Part shown: piece after piece, positions 18,661-30,992 of the stretch
Layout of the letters: every line of letters starts with the position of its first letter
Position numbering within the stretch: the stretch's first letter is position 1
DNA from: Tubiluchus corallicola
Taxonomy: Eukaryota > Animalia > Priapulida
Reading direction: 5' to 3'
NCBI GenBank assembly: GCA_030141605.1
Contig: JAQGDQ010000019.1
Coordinates: 992,001-1,056,000 of the forward strand
Length of the DNA stretch: 64,000 nucleotides
The notes under the pieces: model-generated
Databases searched by the model: none
Seen by the model: the letters and a program-made list of their open reading frames with translations, nothing else
Told to the model about the DNA's origin: nothing
Made by a program: the position numbers and the translations under genes

Positions 18661-19127
18661 CTTCCTGTACTTTTAGTAGAACGTACTACAGATTGTAATG
18701 TCACTTTTGTGTTTTAGGTACTCAAGATAATACCACTGCAAAATTACTATGAAAATGTAAAACCGTTTGTGAAATAATTTGTCTTGTACATACAGTCTGA
18801 TGTATTGCAAAATTTAAAACTTTTATGTTTAATATTACTCAATAAATTTAGTACCGCAATAAGCAAGATAATACCAAAATAACAAGAATAATTTATTACT
18901 TTTAAACAAGTACTTGATAATTTATTAAATCTCGGACTACTTTGACCATTATTTGTCCTGGATTAATTGAACTTGATTTGAATTAAGTTGAATGTGACCG
19001 CATGAACATGACTTTGGACTCAACTCAGATGTAGACAATACCAAGATAATGACTCAAGGCTTGCCTCAGATGAGCATAATGACTTGACTTGGACTTGAAC
19101 TGAAAGACTTGACTAAAACACTCATAC

Positions 19128-19260
19128 AAATGTCCTGTGTGTCCAACATACCTAGTGTCCAAATGGCCTGTGTGTCTAAAACCCATAGTGTCTAAATAGC
19201 CTATGTGTCTAAATGGCCTGTGCCCAAATAACCTTTGTATCCAAAATGTTTGTGTCAAAA
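19128..19260. repeat. Degenerate minisatellite (about 16-17 bp, aaatggcctgtgtgtc), probably transposon subterminal repeats
   Basis: About 8 related units are visible. Confidence 0.7.
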
Positions 19261-20321
19261 TCAGCCTGAAATAGCCTGAAACCAGTCAAAGGTCTTACCT
19301 TCAAATTCTAATTGTCTTCCAGTGATAATCTAGTTACGATTTATTATAGTTAATTTAAGCAATTGATGTGACTACTAACTTTCTTCTATAAGATTGACAT
19401 AATACAGATTACAGATGTATGTCAATCAGAGGCTAAGCACTAAAGTAATATGACATGATGACAAGAAATCTATTGCTTTTATACAGTGTTTTTATATAAG
19501 AAATGCTCTGTCATTTTAGTAAAATTCCTTTTAATAGAGATTGATTTTGCATCTTCAAACTGCCCAAGTTGAACTTTAAGAACAGCAACAACATTTGCAC
19601 ATTTCCAAGCATTCTCATGTGTGAGTGGTCATTTATGCAACCGCAGGACTTCAGAGCAGGACAGATTGTGTATTGCGTAATGTATATAACTACTGACTAC
19701 ATGTATATGTGTAGTTTATGCTGCATCATTCTATCTAAACAATGTCCTTAGTGATCAGTTAATTTACATCCTGCTTTTGCAGATTTATTGGCAAATTGTT
19801 CGCTAATCAATAATGCTATTAATGGTCAATTAATTTTTACCCTAGCTTGTTCCCTTTTACTGGCAAATTATTTACTAATTAATAATTATTTTAATTTTAT
19901 TATGTATTTATTAGCACTAATTTGTCATAAGATGTGTAAGAAATTGTTGTCCAATATAACTTAGTGTCCAATATATATAGCAACAACGTGTTATGACATT
20001 TATGTGTAAGTTTTATTTGTACTATGATAGTGACATTTCAAGTTTGAGTGAATGAATAAATATATATATAAATGTATATATATATATATACCAATTTGTC
20101 TATTGTCAAGTTGAAGGTTGAATCATAAGCAAAAGACATTCCATAAAAAGTACTGTGCAAAAAATTGAGGTTGATAAGAGTTTGAATTTTTTCCAGCTAG
20201 CAGTCGTGATTTCTATATAAAGTGGGACTAGACCATACAAGCTGAATAGCGATCATGATGCCATAGCAACTACACTTTGAATGATCTAGTGATCTACTCT
20301 TTAAACTTCCGTATCATTGCA

Positions 20322-21507
20322 ATGTTTAATGCAGCATTTTCGACGTGCATTTGTCGAGCAGGCAATGCAGCCAGTAATACTGGAAGACATGTGTCATATC
20401 GAATGTTTAGGACTGGAAATATACTAGCTCACAGAGAGCCAACGAAAAACCTGCAAGCACAGCAACAGATTGTACTGAAAGCACGAACAGGTTCTGGGCG
20501 AACAGTTCGCTTGAGTTTGCTTAAATATAATGAAGAAAGTGATCCAATTCATGTTGGCTGGATGATCCGATTTGCTAATGAAAATGGTAAACATAAATTA
20601 ATTAGCCATTAAGTTAGCATTATTAACTAAGTTTGTATAAGTTAACATTGTTTGATGTTGTTTAAGTTCTCATATTTTTGCAGTAACTTGCAAGATTTGA
20701 TAGCTAGCGATTCAGACCTTACTCTAGTCTGTTGATCCTTTACTGATGTTTTTAATAGTCTAAAGGCTCTTTCATTTTTAGTAATTAAAATTTGTTAACA
20801 ATTTCTTAAGTAAAAGTTTTATTACAGCTGATGTGTAGAAAGACTTTGCAGTATTTTCCAGACTCATGATATCTAGCATAGAAGCTTTAGCTTTTGGCAC
20901 CACAAACTTGGAGTACCTTACATTTTATTAAATCTAACATTTTAATTGTTATTAAACATTTCATAACCAATGAACATTTCTAAAGCTTGCAAATTGCAGC
21001 TTTACAATAGACAAAGGTTTAAATAATTGCAATTACCAAGTAATAATTACATTGCAGGGTATTTAAGCTGGTGCCGTAATAGCTTTCTTTTGACGGTGGT
21101 TGGTGTCACATCATGGGCTAGCAGCAGTAATAAAGTTCCACGTGCCACTCAAGTAGCCATAGGTAAGTGTATAGTATGAAAAACATGCAAATGAAAATTT
21201 GTCTTGCAGATGTAAGCATTCTCATTATTTGTATTGAATCTATATAATTATGTGTATTTCAGGTATGTTTTTTCTTGCTGGCTTAAACTTGTTGACTGGA
21301 ACAGCAATATTCTTCTACAACATTTTCTTTCTGCGGAGAATGATGCACATGAATTTGCCTTCAATGGCACTGAATATTATCATTGGCAGTTTAAACATTA
21401 CTCTGTGGAGTTGTGCTGTAGGTTACTATACTGGTTTCTTACAGTGGGATCAGGTAAAAACACTGACGTCGTTTAAGGTGAGAGCTGACCCAGATAGTGG
21501 CAGTTAA
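20322..21507 (+). CDS. TMEM160: Transmembrane protein 160-like (mitochondrial membrane protein), exons 20322-20586, 21058-21162, 21263-21507
   Basis: GT-AG introns in phase (1,1). The product has an Arg-rich presequence-like N-terminus, then WMIRFANENGYLSWCRNSFLLTVVGV, GMFFLAG and LWSCAVGYYTG, resembling TMEM160 (AHETAFLSWFRNG, LWACAVGLYMG). The exact C-terminus is uncertain. Confidence 0.8.
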
Positions 21508-22192
21508 GGTTGATTTTTAGCTTTATTGGAATTTGTGTTTTTTCTGCAGAGAGAAATCAAATATGACCTTTTATGAATAGTCAACAGTACAAGTGTCGTG
21601 TCGTGTATTATAGGTATGACTATAATAATAGAGCGTATGTAGCCAATTGTAACGCGTCAGTAGACATTTCATAGCATTTGTGTTTGAACTGTACATGCAG
21701 AAGGTAATTGTTAGTGTTTGATTACAGTCCCTGGCTTACAGTCTAATTTAATATTCGTTGTTGCCGTTAATGTAATTAAGACCATCCAGTTAGCAATCAT
21801 GCATGGAATTGTTCTCTCAAGATAATTTTGTAAGTTTCAGTTCCATTAATCAGACTTGATTAACTGATATGGGAGTTCTTGTGCTGGTTTTGTGCCAAGA
21901 ATGCTTAAGTTTGTCTTTCATCTTAAATATTTTATATGGAATATTTCATCATCAGTCAGAAAGTTTCTGCCATCATGCTGTAAGTCTTGAATAAATAGTG
22001 CAAAAGCTGTTTTGACCAACAGTCTGTCTTTATATTTAATTTATAATTATGCTTGAATTAAACATTACCAAAAAAATCTGTGTGTTACATGTTATACAAA
22101 ACCAAAAATTCACTACGTGCTCCTTTAATAAAAATTTGTGAGACGAAAAATTTACTAAATCCATTTTTTCACTAAGCAATTAGGTTTGCTAA

Positions 22193-25100
22193 TTAACAGT
22201 AGCACGAATAATAGGGTGGTCGTTGTGGTATTTCATTAATTGTACATCTGGTATCACCCCAAATGAATATATTAAGCTTTCCACACTTAGCGGCGTGGTT
22301 TAAAATGGAGCCAAATGGATGTAAACTACCTGCTGTACCTCCACAAGAACCTGCAAAGTTTTAAAAAAGTAGTTTAAGTTAAGGAATGACCTATAACAAA
22401 AGAGAAAGTTAAAGACCCTTTAAAAACAACATTTTGACTGAGGTTGTATTTTACAAATTTCCTAATGTAATAATCGTAATAACAGAGGTCGTTGTTCCCT
22501 TAAATATTAGTGTTATGAAAACGTATCTGTATGTAAATGTGCTTTCAAGATGGCCTGGAATATGTGGTAGGTCTGGGTGGCAGAAGATGCAGAGTGCAAC
22601 TGAAAATCGATAAAAGCAATTAGTGTGGCACCGCATATTTTGCTCTTTTCAGACCTACCATTACTGGATTTAACCAAGAATGTTTGTAGGTGTCCGAAGT
22701 TGTGATAGTTAATTTCTAGGTTGCATTTATACAGCCTGATGCAATTGATAGGTTAGTCTACATTTTTTTAAAATTACTGTTAGTGTTTGTAAGCTGCAAG
22801 CCACTGAATTTTACCTTGTGTGCCAGGTATTTGTTCCCACTGAAAGTCAAGCCAGCTACTCTGATTGGCAATGATTGCTTTGATTTCAAACCATGGCTGG
22901 AAAGCAAATATTTCAGAAATATCAAAATGGACATTTAAAATAAATCCTGTGGAGATAGTACAGTACCATCTTTAAGTATACAAACCCTGTTTGCTATTTC
23001 AGTCTTTATCTGCAGCTGAAGCTTAGTATAAGTTACTGTGTTTAGACTGTTTTTTTTTCTGAAAGAACACTGCAGCACTGAGAGTTTTATATTCTAATCT
23101 CTGCAAACTCTTGCCATATCTGCTTCGTCAATTATATAATGCAAAAACAGTCATTCTTAATTCAGTGTTTGTACAGTGTTTTATAATAAGTTTTCTAATA
23201 ATATCTGAAAAATAAGTTACTGAACAAACCAATAATTATTAAAGCTACTGGATAACAAGATTCCAAAAATTAAAAATTGACAGTTAGCAATTCTGTACTT
23301 GTGCATTTCATGCATTTTGGCATCTGGCTAGCAGGCATAATATTCTCTGATCATTTTATATAGGTCTTAACATTAGTAGAATTGGTTCTTCCATCAGCAA
23401 GTTGTGAAATGTGAAACGTGTGAAATGCAAATTATTCTGATAGTTGCACTTATTTTGGCAGGTTTATACTGTGCCAGACAAATTGTGATATACAGTGTAT
23501 ATAGTTATTAGCACAACTCTCGGTATGTTTCACATACACTTTCAATAACTAATATAAGATAAGAATTTACTGTGTGTTTTAAAAATACACAGCAAACTTT
23601 GCATCGTATATTGCTGTTTTACTATTGGTTCCAAGGAAAATGTAATCACACACAATATGCATAAATATTTTTTTGTTATTATGTTGCATACATCACCCTG
23701 TAAATCTACGTCCATACTGCTACAATCCATGTTCATATCCACAATCCAATAGTGATCGCCAAGGGTGTTAGCATAGTAATAGTTGTCATTGCCTGGGTTA
23801 TTGCTGGTCCACCACATTGGTGTGCCCAATGCTTGCAATAATAGTGATAAATTGATGAAAAAGTAACCTATAAAAATACACTATGATATTTTAATTTTTA
23901 CATTCGGATTATAATAAAAAACTTAACCTTTTATAGTAGTTTATAGTCAGTTTACATGTCATAGCTATTAAATAGTGTACATAAGAACTGATGCTGATGC
24001 ATTGCTTGTGCTAACAGGCATAACTTCTAAAATGTTTTTTTCTTTCATTTTCAGTTGATGTAGCTTTGTTTCTCTGTTTTACAGTCGTGATGTAGCTGAT
24101 ATCCTCTCTACTTCATAAGCATGAATTTTTGTGATTTAGTTTATTTAACAAAATTGCAGCAAAAACTGGGTTAATACACAATTTAAACAAAAACTGATAA
24201 AACTGCTCTAATTACAGTTAACACACAGCATCTAAAATTGATAAGCGCATATTTAAAACTTAAAAAATGCAATTTAAAGATTACTAAACAAAATCTGAGT
24301 ACAGATGTGAACAAAATTTGTGATAGGCTTTTCTCAGCAATGTGCTGGTCCTTCAACTAATGGATTTAATTTCGACAGTGGCTTTGTAAAAGACAGTGCT
24401 ATCACGCAAATTAATGACAACAGTAACAAGAACACATAGCCTCGCACCTTGTGTAGCCTCTCCACCTAGCCAATCAAGAAAATTGTCGCCCTCCCTCCAG
24501 ATGTTGTACGTAAGTGCATTACAAGATCTTGCTGTGTTCGGATGGGTAATCGGGATGGAGTCTATAAAAAATGAAACGACTTTGTTGGCAAAACTACAGC
24601 TTAATGTAGAAGCATTGCTAAAGGAGCATCAGCTTATAATGGTTTCTCTTTTTGTTAATGGTTTGGGAAATAGTGAAGCATGTCTTTCTCTGTATTCATT
24701 GCACCTGTGTCATCATCTAGTAACTGTTATTCAGCTTCAAGATGTGTTGACTTTTTTACGTTCAAGAAGTGTTGCTTTTTAATACAAATAATAAGTTTGT
24801 TTAGGCTTAGCAGTTCAGGCCTCTAAAGACATGTGATACTTAATGTGGTACTTTTACAGGCATACTATATAATATTCATAAATCTATAAAGAACTTGTGG
24901 TGCATTTCATGTATTTGGTATGTGGTTAGGAATTGAACCTGGCCTACATATTGTGTCTTACCTTGTTGATACAAGTTTGCTGAGAAAGAGTTCTTGAGAA
25001 ACGGTTAATACTGCATGCAATGAAGTGACACTATTTTATCGTTAATATGGTATTAAGACATTAAAAATGTCTACCCCCTTTATGAGTTCCTCCACGCAAG

Positions 25101-25222
25101 AATAGCTCTTCTCCAATCACCGTTGTTTTATGAATCATGACGATGGTCCTGTCTGCTGCAGTAGCTCGGAACAGAGAGCACAGGACACAGAGCGTGTACA
25201 CCCCAAATCTGACAGTTTCCAT
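22193..25222 (-). CDS. Secreted protein, stand-alone alpha-amylase C-terminal-domain-like, copy 1 (225 aa); exons 25222-25075, 24561-24448, 23867-23692, 22896-22815, 22350-22193
   Basis: Five exons join in frame with GT-AG introns (phases 1,1,0,1). Signal-peptide-like METVRFGVYTLCVLCSLFRATAA is followed by RTIVMIHKTT..GEELFLRGG, WREGDNFLDWLGGEATQG, GTPMWWTSN, GDHYWIVDMNMDCS, WFEIK, WE and NHAAKCGKLNIF. The structure is confirmed by the paralogue; the domain identity is from recall. Confidence 0.82.
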
Positions 25223-26775
25223 TGCAGCACTGCTACATAAAATATCAAAGTCATTATTTACAAACAGATGGTGCAATGCAGAAGAAAATTTTAAATTTGT
25301 ATATTTTATATAGCTTGCAAAATTACATAAATTAAGAATAATAACCAAAAACTTATATAGCGCCAAGGAGCACGTCAATGTTGTCTTCAATGCTTCATTT
25401 CAATTATTTCAAATTTCCCAGCCAATTTGGTATGTTGAACTAAGCCACAAAACCAAACCACGTTATTTTTTACATTAATTCTATTTTTTTGTACTTATAA
25501 ATTGTTCTCTAGTGTATACCTACATGTCAAATGGTTCCTAAATTGTTTTTTCTGGATCATTCAATGTCTGATTCAGGCCAGAATATTGCTGAGTACCAAA
25601 CAATCGGTATTTATAATAAAAAGGCAAGCCTTCTACTGTTTATCATAACAGTGAAAGCCAATCAACAAATAAGGTTCTACTAATATGGTTTTTACCTAGT
25701 AACCAAGGGTTGGAGCCACGATTTGAGGGTGTAACTAAGTTTGATCTTATTTGATTTACACGTAGTATGTATATTGTGTGTACAATATATTTAGTTTGCA
25801 AACATTAAATGCTCTTGATTGACATGGAAAACATTCTAACCTTTCTTTGGTAAATCACGTGTTATTCTTGTTTTCTTAAGCACTTGATAAGGGAAAATTC
25901 ACATATTTTCATTTGTTGTTGAAATACTCTGTTAAAGCAAACAGATCTGTCTGCAGTTACTACAAGCTTGCCTTATAATACAAATACACATGTAAACTGC
26001 AGTGGGATACACTAATAAATTTGTATCTTAAAGTAATAGAGATTCTAGCCTGTGGTGAAAAAACATGAATTTTATATTGTAACTTCCTTTTGTTTTTGTT
26101 GATCAGTGTGTTTATAAAAGATTCTGTTGAATTTGGAATCTCATTCCAACTCGCACATTAGCTTAGTGATTTTGTTGGGGTGTTTGCTACTTTGTAGTAG
26201 ATGTTACAAATTCATTTTGTCAATCATAAAAAAACAGTAGAATAGGTGTTCAAAGTAGGCATTCAATAGAGTAGGTATTCAAATTAATCAAAACCCTAGT
26301 TGCTATTTTTGTATTACATCATTTTAAAAATCAGCTGTCACAGCAAGTACCATGTTTGCCTGCATGTTAAGTGAACACAAGTGAATAGGAAACACAAATA
26401 CTACATACTTTTAACTACGTTTTGAATTATCATCATTCAAAGCTCCAAACGATAAAAAAGTTACATGCAAAAGAAAAGTATATGTTATGCATTTAGGATT
26501 CTGTTTATTTTAAGATTTTATTTTAATTAATTCATTCAATGGACAGGCACTATAGAAATTACTTTCATTAGACTGAGATTACTGCTATCAAAATTGCAAA
26601 TATTATAACATTATCAGCAAATTATCATAATATGAAAGGAAAGATTTAATGTATTGCTCAGCGTTCAGGCTATTTTTCATCGGTAATTAAATTTGTAGAA
26701 CTGTTTGGGGTAATAACTTTCACTCCAGACTCTTAAGATAAATTTTACTGATCAAGCCAATGGAAAGTCCACAAG

Positions 26776-29063
26776 TTAACAGAAGCATCTGTAATAAGCT
26801 GGTCGTTGTGGTATCTCATTAATGGTACATCCTGTCTGTCCCCAAGTGAATACATTAAACTTCCCACACTTAGCAGCATGGTTCAAAATGTGGCCAAAGG
26901 GATGTAAACCTCCTGCTGTACCTCCACAAGAGCCTGCAAAGATTATGGTTAATTGAAACGTATATAAAAAATTAGCATGCAGAAAGGAAAAGTGTTTCAA
27001 AAACAGCATGATTCGAATTATTACCACATTACAATTTCTTCATTGTGTGTAGTTGACAATAGCTCATCTAAAAACTTCATTTTATTTCTACTACTAATGA
27101 ACGAATCATAATTTACTTGATTATGTGTATACTAATTATGACAATTCTTGTGCAAACGTTTATCTTGTTAGTTTTGCAAAATGACCTATCATCAGCATGA
27201 TACAACATGAGAATAACAGATAGGCAGGCATTTTTAAAATAAATATTACTATATATACACGAGCTGCTATAATTTCAAAATTTCGACTGCATATCCTAAG
27301 CGTCTTACCTTGTGTGTTGCCTATCTGTTCCCATTGAAAGCTTGGCCAAGTGTTGTGGTTTGCAATAATTCCCTTAAGCTCAAACCAAGGCTGAAAAGCA
27401 GTTTTTTCAACAAAGTATTCAAAATGTATTAAAATGAATGCTGTGAATCACACAAAGCTATCTGTTGCACAAAACTGATCACTTTAGCCCTGGATCCAAA
27501 ACAGAACCTTTTGCAAATCTCTCCAAGTATTTTTTTATTTAACTGTAATGATCTAGAAACTGTGAAAATGTTTCATCTTTAGCTTGAACCCAAGTTCAGT
27601 TACGGCTCTTTGCAATCCAAACAATTAATGCTAACCTTTACTTATGGAAAGACTACTTTTCAGTATCAAAAAAATTGTGGTGTTAGCTACTCCTGTCGAG
27701 GCTATAGGATTTAATCGTTGTTGTTACTGCTTTTGCTCAATTTTCTGATTGTAATAAAATGCATCACAAAATTATTCATTCAATTATTCATCACAATTAT
27801 TCATTCTTTTTGAATTACAATTTTGAGGAACTCACTAAGTATAGTCTACTAGGCTTAGTGTGGAAAACAAACAACGTGTGCATCAGGATGAAGAGTAAGT
27901 CTTTACAGCATGGCTTCTAGAATTGTAATCAAACTTAATTGTAACTTTTTTCCTAGCCAAATTTGTGACTTCCGTGACTTTTTTCCTGTGACTTTATTAC
28001 AGTTACCTTTCTAACAGTGTCATCAATATTTACATGCATATCACGATGAATATGTGGTAATTCCAAGAGTGTGAGGTGCTGTTGGAATAGAGTTGGCCTT
28101 TTACAATTGCTCAGACTATGTAAAACACCACAGCTTCTCTCACATTCTTGGTCTTGTGTGTTCATTTATTTTAGACATTAGCTTGTCACTGCCTAAGTTC
28201 AGTGAGCCAGATTTTTCAAAGAAGTGTAAAAGCTATTTTTACTCGATTTATTAATATTTTAACAGTGCGTATTACGTATACACTGGCTTATAATATTAGT
28301 ACAAGAGTTGAAGTGGTTCGGCAGGTTCCTGGCCGTACTTATAAGATTTATTCACTGTTTCCTCGTTCATTAACTCTTTAGAACAATACTTTGTGCAGGC
28401 CTCTCATATCTACACTTTCAGGTCTGTGAAAAATGCAGAATTTGCAAAAAGTGCAGATTAGTTTTGCTAATTTTTCAAGTAGCTGCATTGTGCAATTAAA
28501 AAAAATCACATCAGTTATCATCATAATACAGCAGGTTCAACTTATTTAATCAACCAGAGTCCTGCCTAGTCTATCAACCCATATCTAAGCGTACCAAAAA
28601 TATTTTTATTTACTGCAGTTATTTCAGTTAGTTCAATGGCTGTTTCTTAACTTTGGATAACACTTACTTAAGTTTACTTAATTTACATGTAACTCCCATT
28701 TTGCATGGTGGCTTTGTGTGTCAGTTGGTAACTTAGTATAATGGATGTGGGTGTCAGGATTCTCAGAATTATTTTTTTTGTGTTTTTATCAGGACACCAA
28801 GAACCCAGAAGACAAATTATGCCATTTTAGTTACATACATCACCGTGTGAGTCAATGTCCAAAGTACTGCAGTCCATGTCGATGTGGACAATCCAGTGGT
28901 GATCTCCAAAATCATTAGCATAGTGGTAATTATCGTTGTGTGGGTTGTTGCTAGTCCAGTACATTGGCGTACCCAATGCTTGCAGTGGTTTTGATGAACT
29001 GGTGTAGTATATTCCTGTGAGCATGAGAGTTATTGTATTTTAGTTTACACCCACACACACACA

Positions 29064-29100
<37 letters not shown>

Positions 29101-30992
29101 ACTATATACATATGTATATAATACACACATATATATATATATGTATTAAAAAAGTAAATTTAACACAGGTATAAGAAAGTTTCGTTAGCATCCACTAACA
29201 TCTTCAGCTGCATTAACAAAATGGTCATTCTAAGCAGGTTAAAATTTTTACTTTCTAATCAGGTTTATTCATTGTCGCGAGACATCTATGGAATGTTAGC
29301 AAATTTACAAAACCAAAACCAAGGGCAGCTCTCGACTTTGTTATTCAGATTAGTTTTTAGTCTGTTAGTATTAAAAAAACTCTTTTATTGTGCCCATTCC
29401 AGGAATGTGTCCAAGTGGTATGTCCTGTAATCGCTCCTGTGAATGCAATCATTAATAAATTCCATTTAGATTTTGCTTTATCAATAACTTTATTGATAGA
29501 AGATCAACTATTGATGTTGACAATGTACCTACAGATGAACAAAATAGCAGAGTTGGGTCCATATTGATGCCTTTCTTAAACTAGTAACACGTTACCAAAA
29601 TTAGCGAAATATTTTGAAACACTGCTATCACACTTATATTGTGGAAATTTATGTTATATCTTGCCAAGAAAGGAAATGGGTTACCGGCATTCGTAGTTTA
29701 CTTTTTCAGCTGCAGTAGTTGTAGCAGTTAGTATGCTGGACAAACAGCAATGCAACTACATTTCCGTGTGTGTGTGTGTGAACACAAAAGCACTACAAGT
29801 CAGCTGCACATCACCCACTCAGATCTTTGCAGTATGGGAATAATTGAGGACAATTGAGCACAATTACTGATAAAGCAAGATCTAAACCGGATAAATATTA
29901 ATAAGTAGACTTTCACACTTTTCATATTAACGTACTGCAACCTAATCTAAATAACAAAGTCAAGAGCTACACTTATTGTTAGATTTTGAAAGACCTTTAG
30001 CATTTTATATATACCCGCACATTGAAAAACCTGATTGGAAAGTAATAATAATTTGAGTGTGACCCAGCAGTCTATATTAATGCAGTTGAAAATGCTAACG
30101 AACGTTCTCAATTAAATTTGTAAAGAAATAATTTAATATTGAATAGTTTCAAAATGCCAGATTTTATTCACATTCACATGTACTTCGTTCAGAAAAAACT
30201 AAAAACTCGTAACTTGCTGCTAATCACAATTTTGTAACAAGTAACTGATGACAACAGTAATGCCTAACTTAGCAATAACAGAGAATGATTTCATACCTTG
30301 CTTAGTTTCTCCACCCTGCCAGTCTAAGAAATAGTCCCCATACATCCACACATTGTAACCAAATGCCATACAAGCTCTTACCGAGTAGTGATGGCTAATC
30401 GAGATGTTCTCTGCAAAAAGCACTTGAGGTCAGTTCACAAATTATCTATTTTCAATATGATCACATCTTTAGTACAGCGCCATCACTGTAACTGGTGAAA
30501 CTATAAATATATGTAGTATATTTATGCGTGTGCGTGCACTTGCGTGTTCCTCCAGTTTCAGATTTGTTTCTGTGTGACTAATTTAAGGTACCGAAAAATG
30601 CCAATTATTCTAGCATTATTGAAAGATACAGTTTATTTATTTATTTTTCTGTATATCATATGTACTTGTAATCACAAAACTAAATCTTTGGGTCGAAATT
30701 AGCATGCAATAGTTGAAATTGTTTACTAATAATTAACTAATAATTTTTGTTAACACGTATCTATGTATATATGTACATATCTAACGCAGCAGTACTTATT
30801 TTCATGTTAGTTCTAAAATCATTATGATTCCCTACTTCCTGCATGAGTTCCTCCACGCAGAAACAGCTCTTCACCATTCACTGTTGTTTTCTGAATCATC
30901 ACAATGGTTTTATCTGCTATGGTTGTTTGCAACAAACAGCAGAGGACGTAAAGCAGATACGGCCCAAGTCTAATAACTTGAATAGATCCCAT
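26776..30992 (-). CDS. Secreted protein, stand-alone alpha-amylase C-terminal-domain-like, copy 2 (228 aa); exons 30992-30836, 30410-30297, 29014-28839, 27390-27309, 26933-26776
   Basis: Same intron phases as copy 1 and identical lengths for exons 2-5 (114/176/82/158 nt). Signal-peptide-like MGSIQVIRLGPYLLYVLCCLLQTTIA is followed by GEELFLRGG, GDYFLDWQGGETKQG, GTPMYWTSN, GDHHWIVHIDMDCS, WFELK and NHAAKCGKFNVF. Confidence 0.82.
29048..29145. repeat. (CA)n/(TA)n microsatellite
   Basis: Visible dinucleotide runs in intron 2 of copy 2. Confidence 0.85.
29174..30108. mobile_element. Fold-back MITE-like element with long diverged inverted arms
   Basis: About 29180-29490 matches the reverse complement of about 29860-30102 (ttcgttagcat/atgctaacgaa, gactttgttatt/aataacaaagtc, ttgctttatca/tgataaagcaa). 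Confidence 0.7.

Noticed and set aside
16605-19260. Repeat clusters resembling a CRISPR array
   Set aside because: The units are degenerate, lack unique regular spacers, have no cas genes nearby and sit in a eukaryotic context.
24396-24782. 128-aa plus-strand ORF
   Set aside because: It is antisense to exon 2 of copy 1, starts at a non-ATG codon and shows no homology cues.
24925-24945. Pol III B-box-like GGTTCAATTCC on the minus strand
   Set aside because: No cloverleaf or clear A-box; at most a decayed SINE, not a tRNA gene.
22193-30992. Recent bacterial gene transfer or contamination as the source of the amylase-domain genes
   Set aside because: Both genes have four spliceosomal introns, lie among animal genes, and the domain is known from animal amylases. 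Origin cannot be inferred without a phylogeny.
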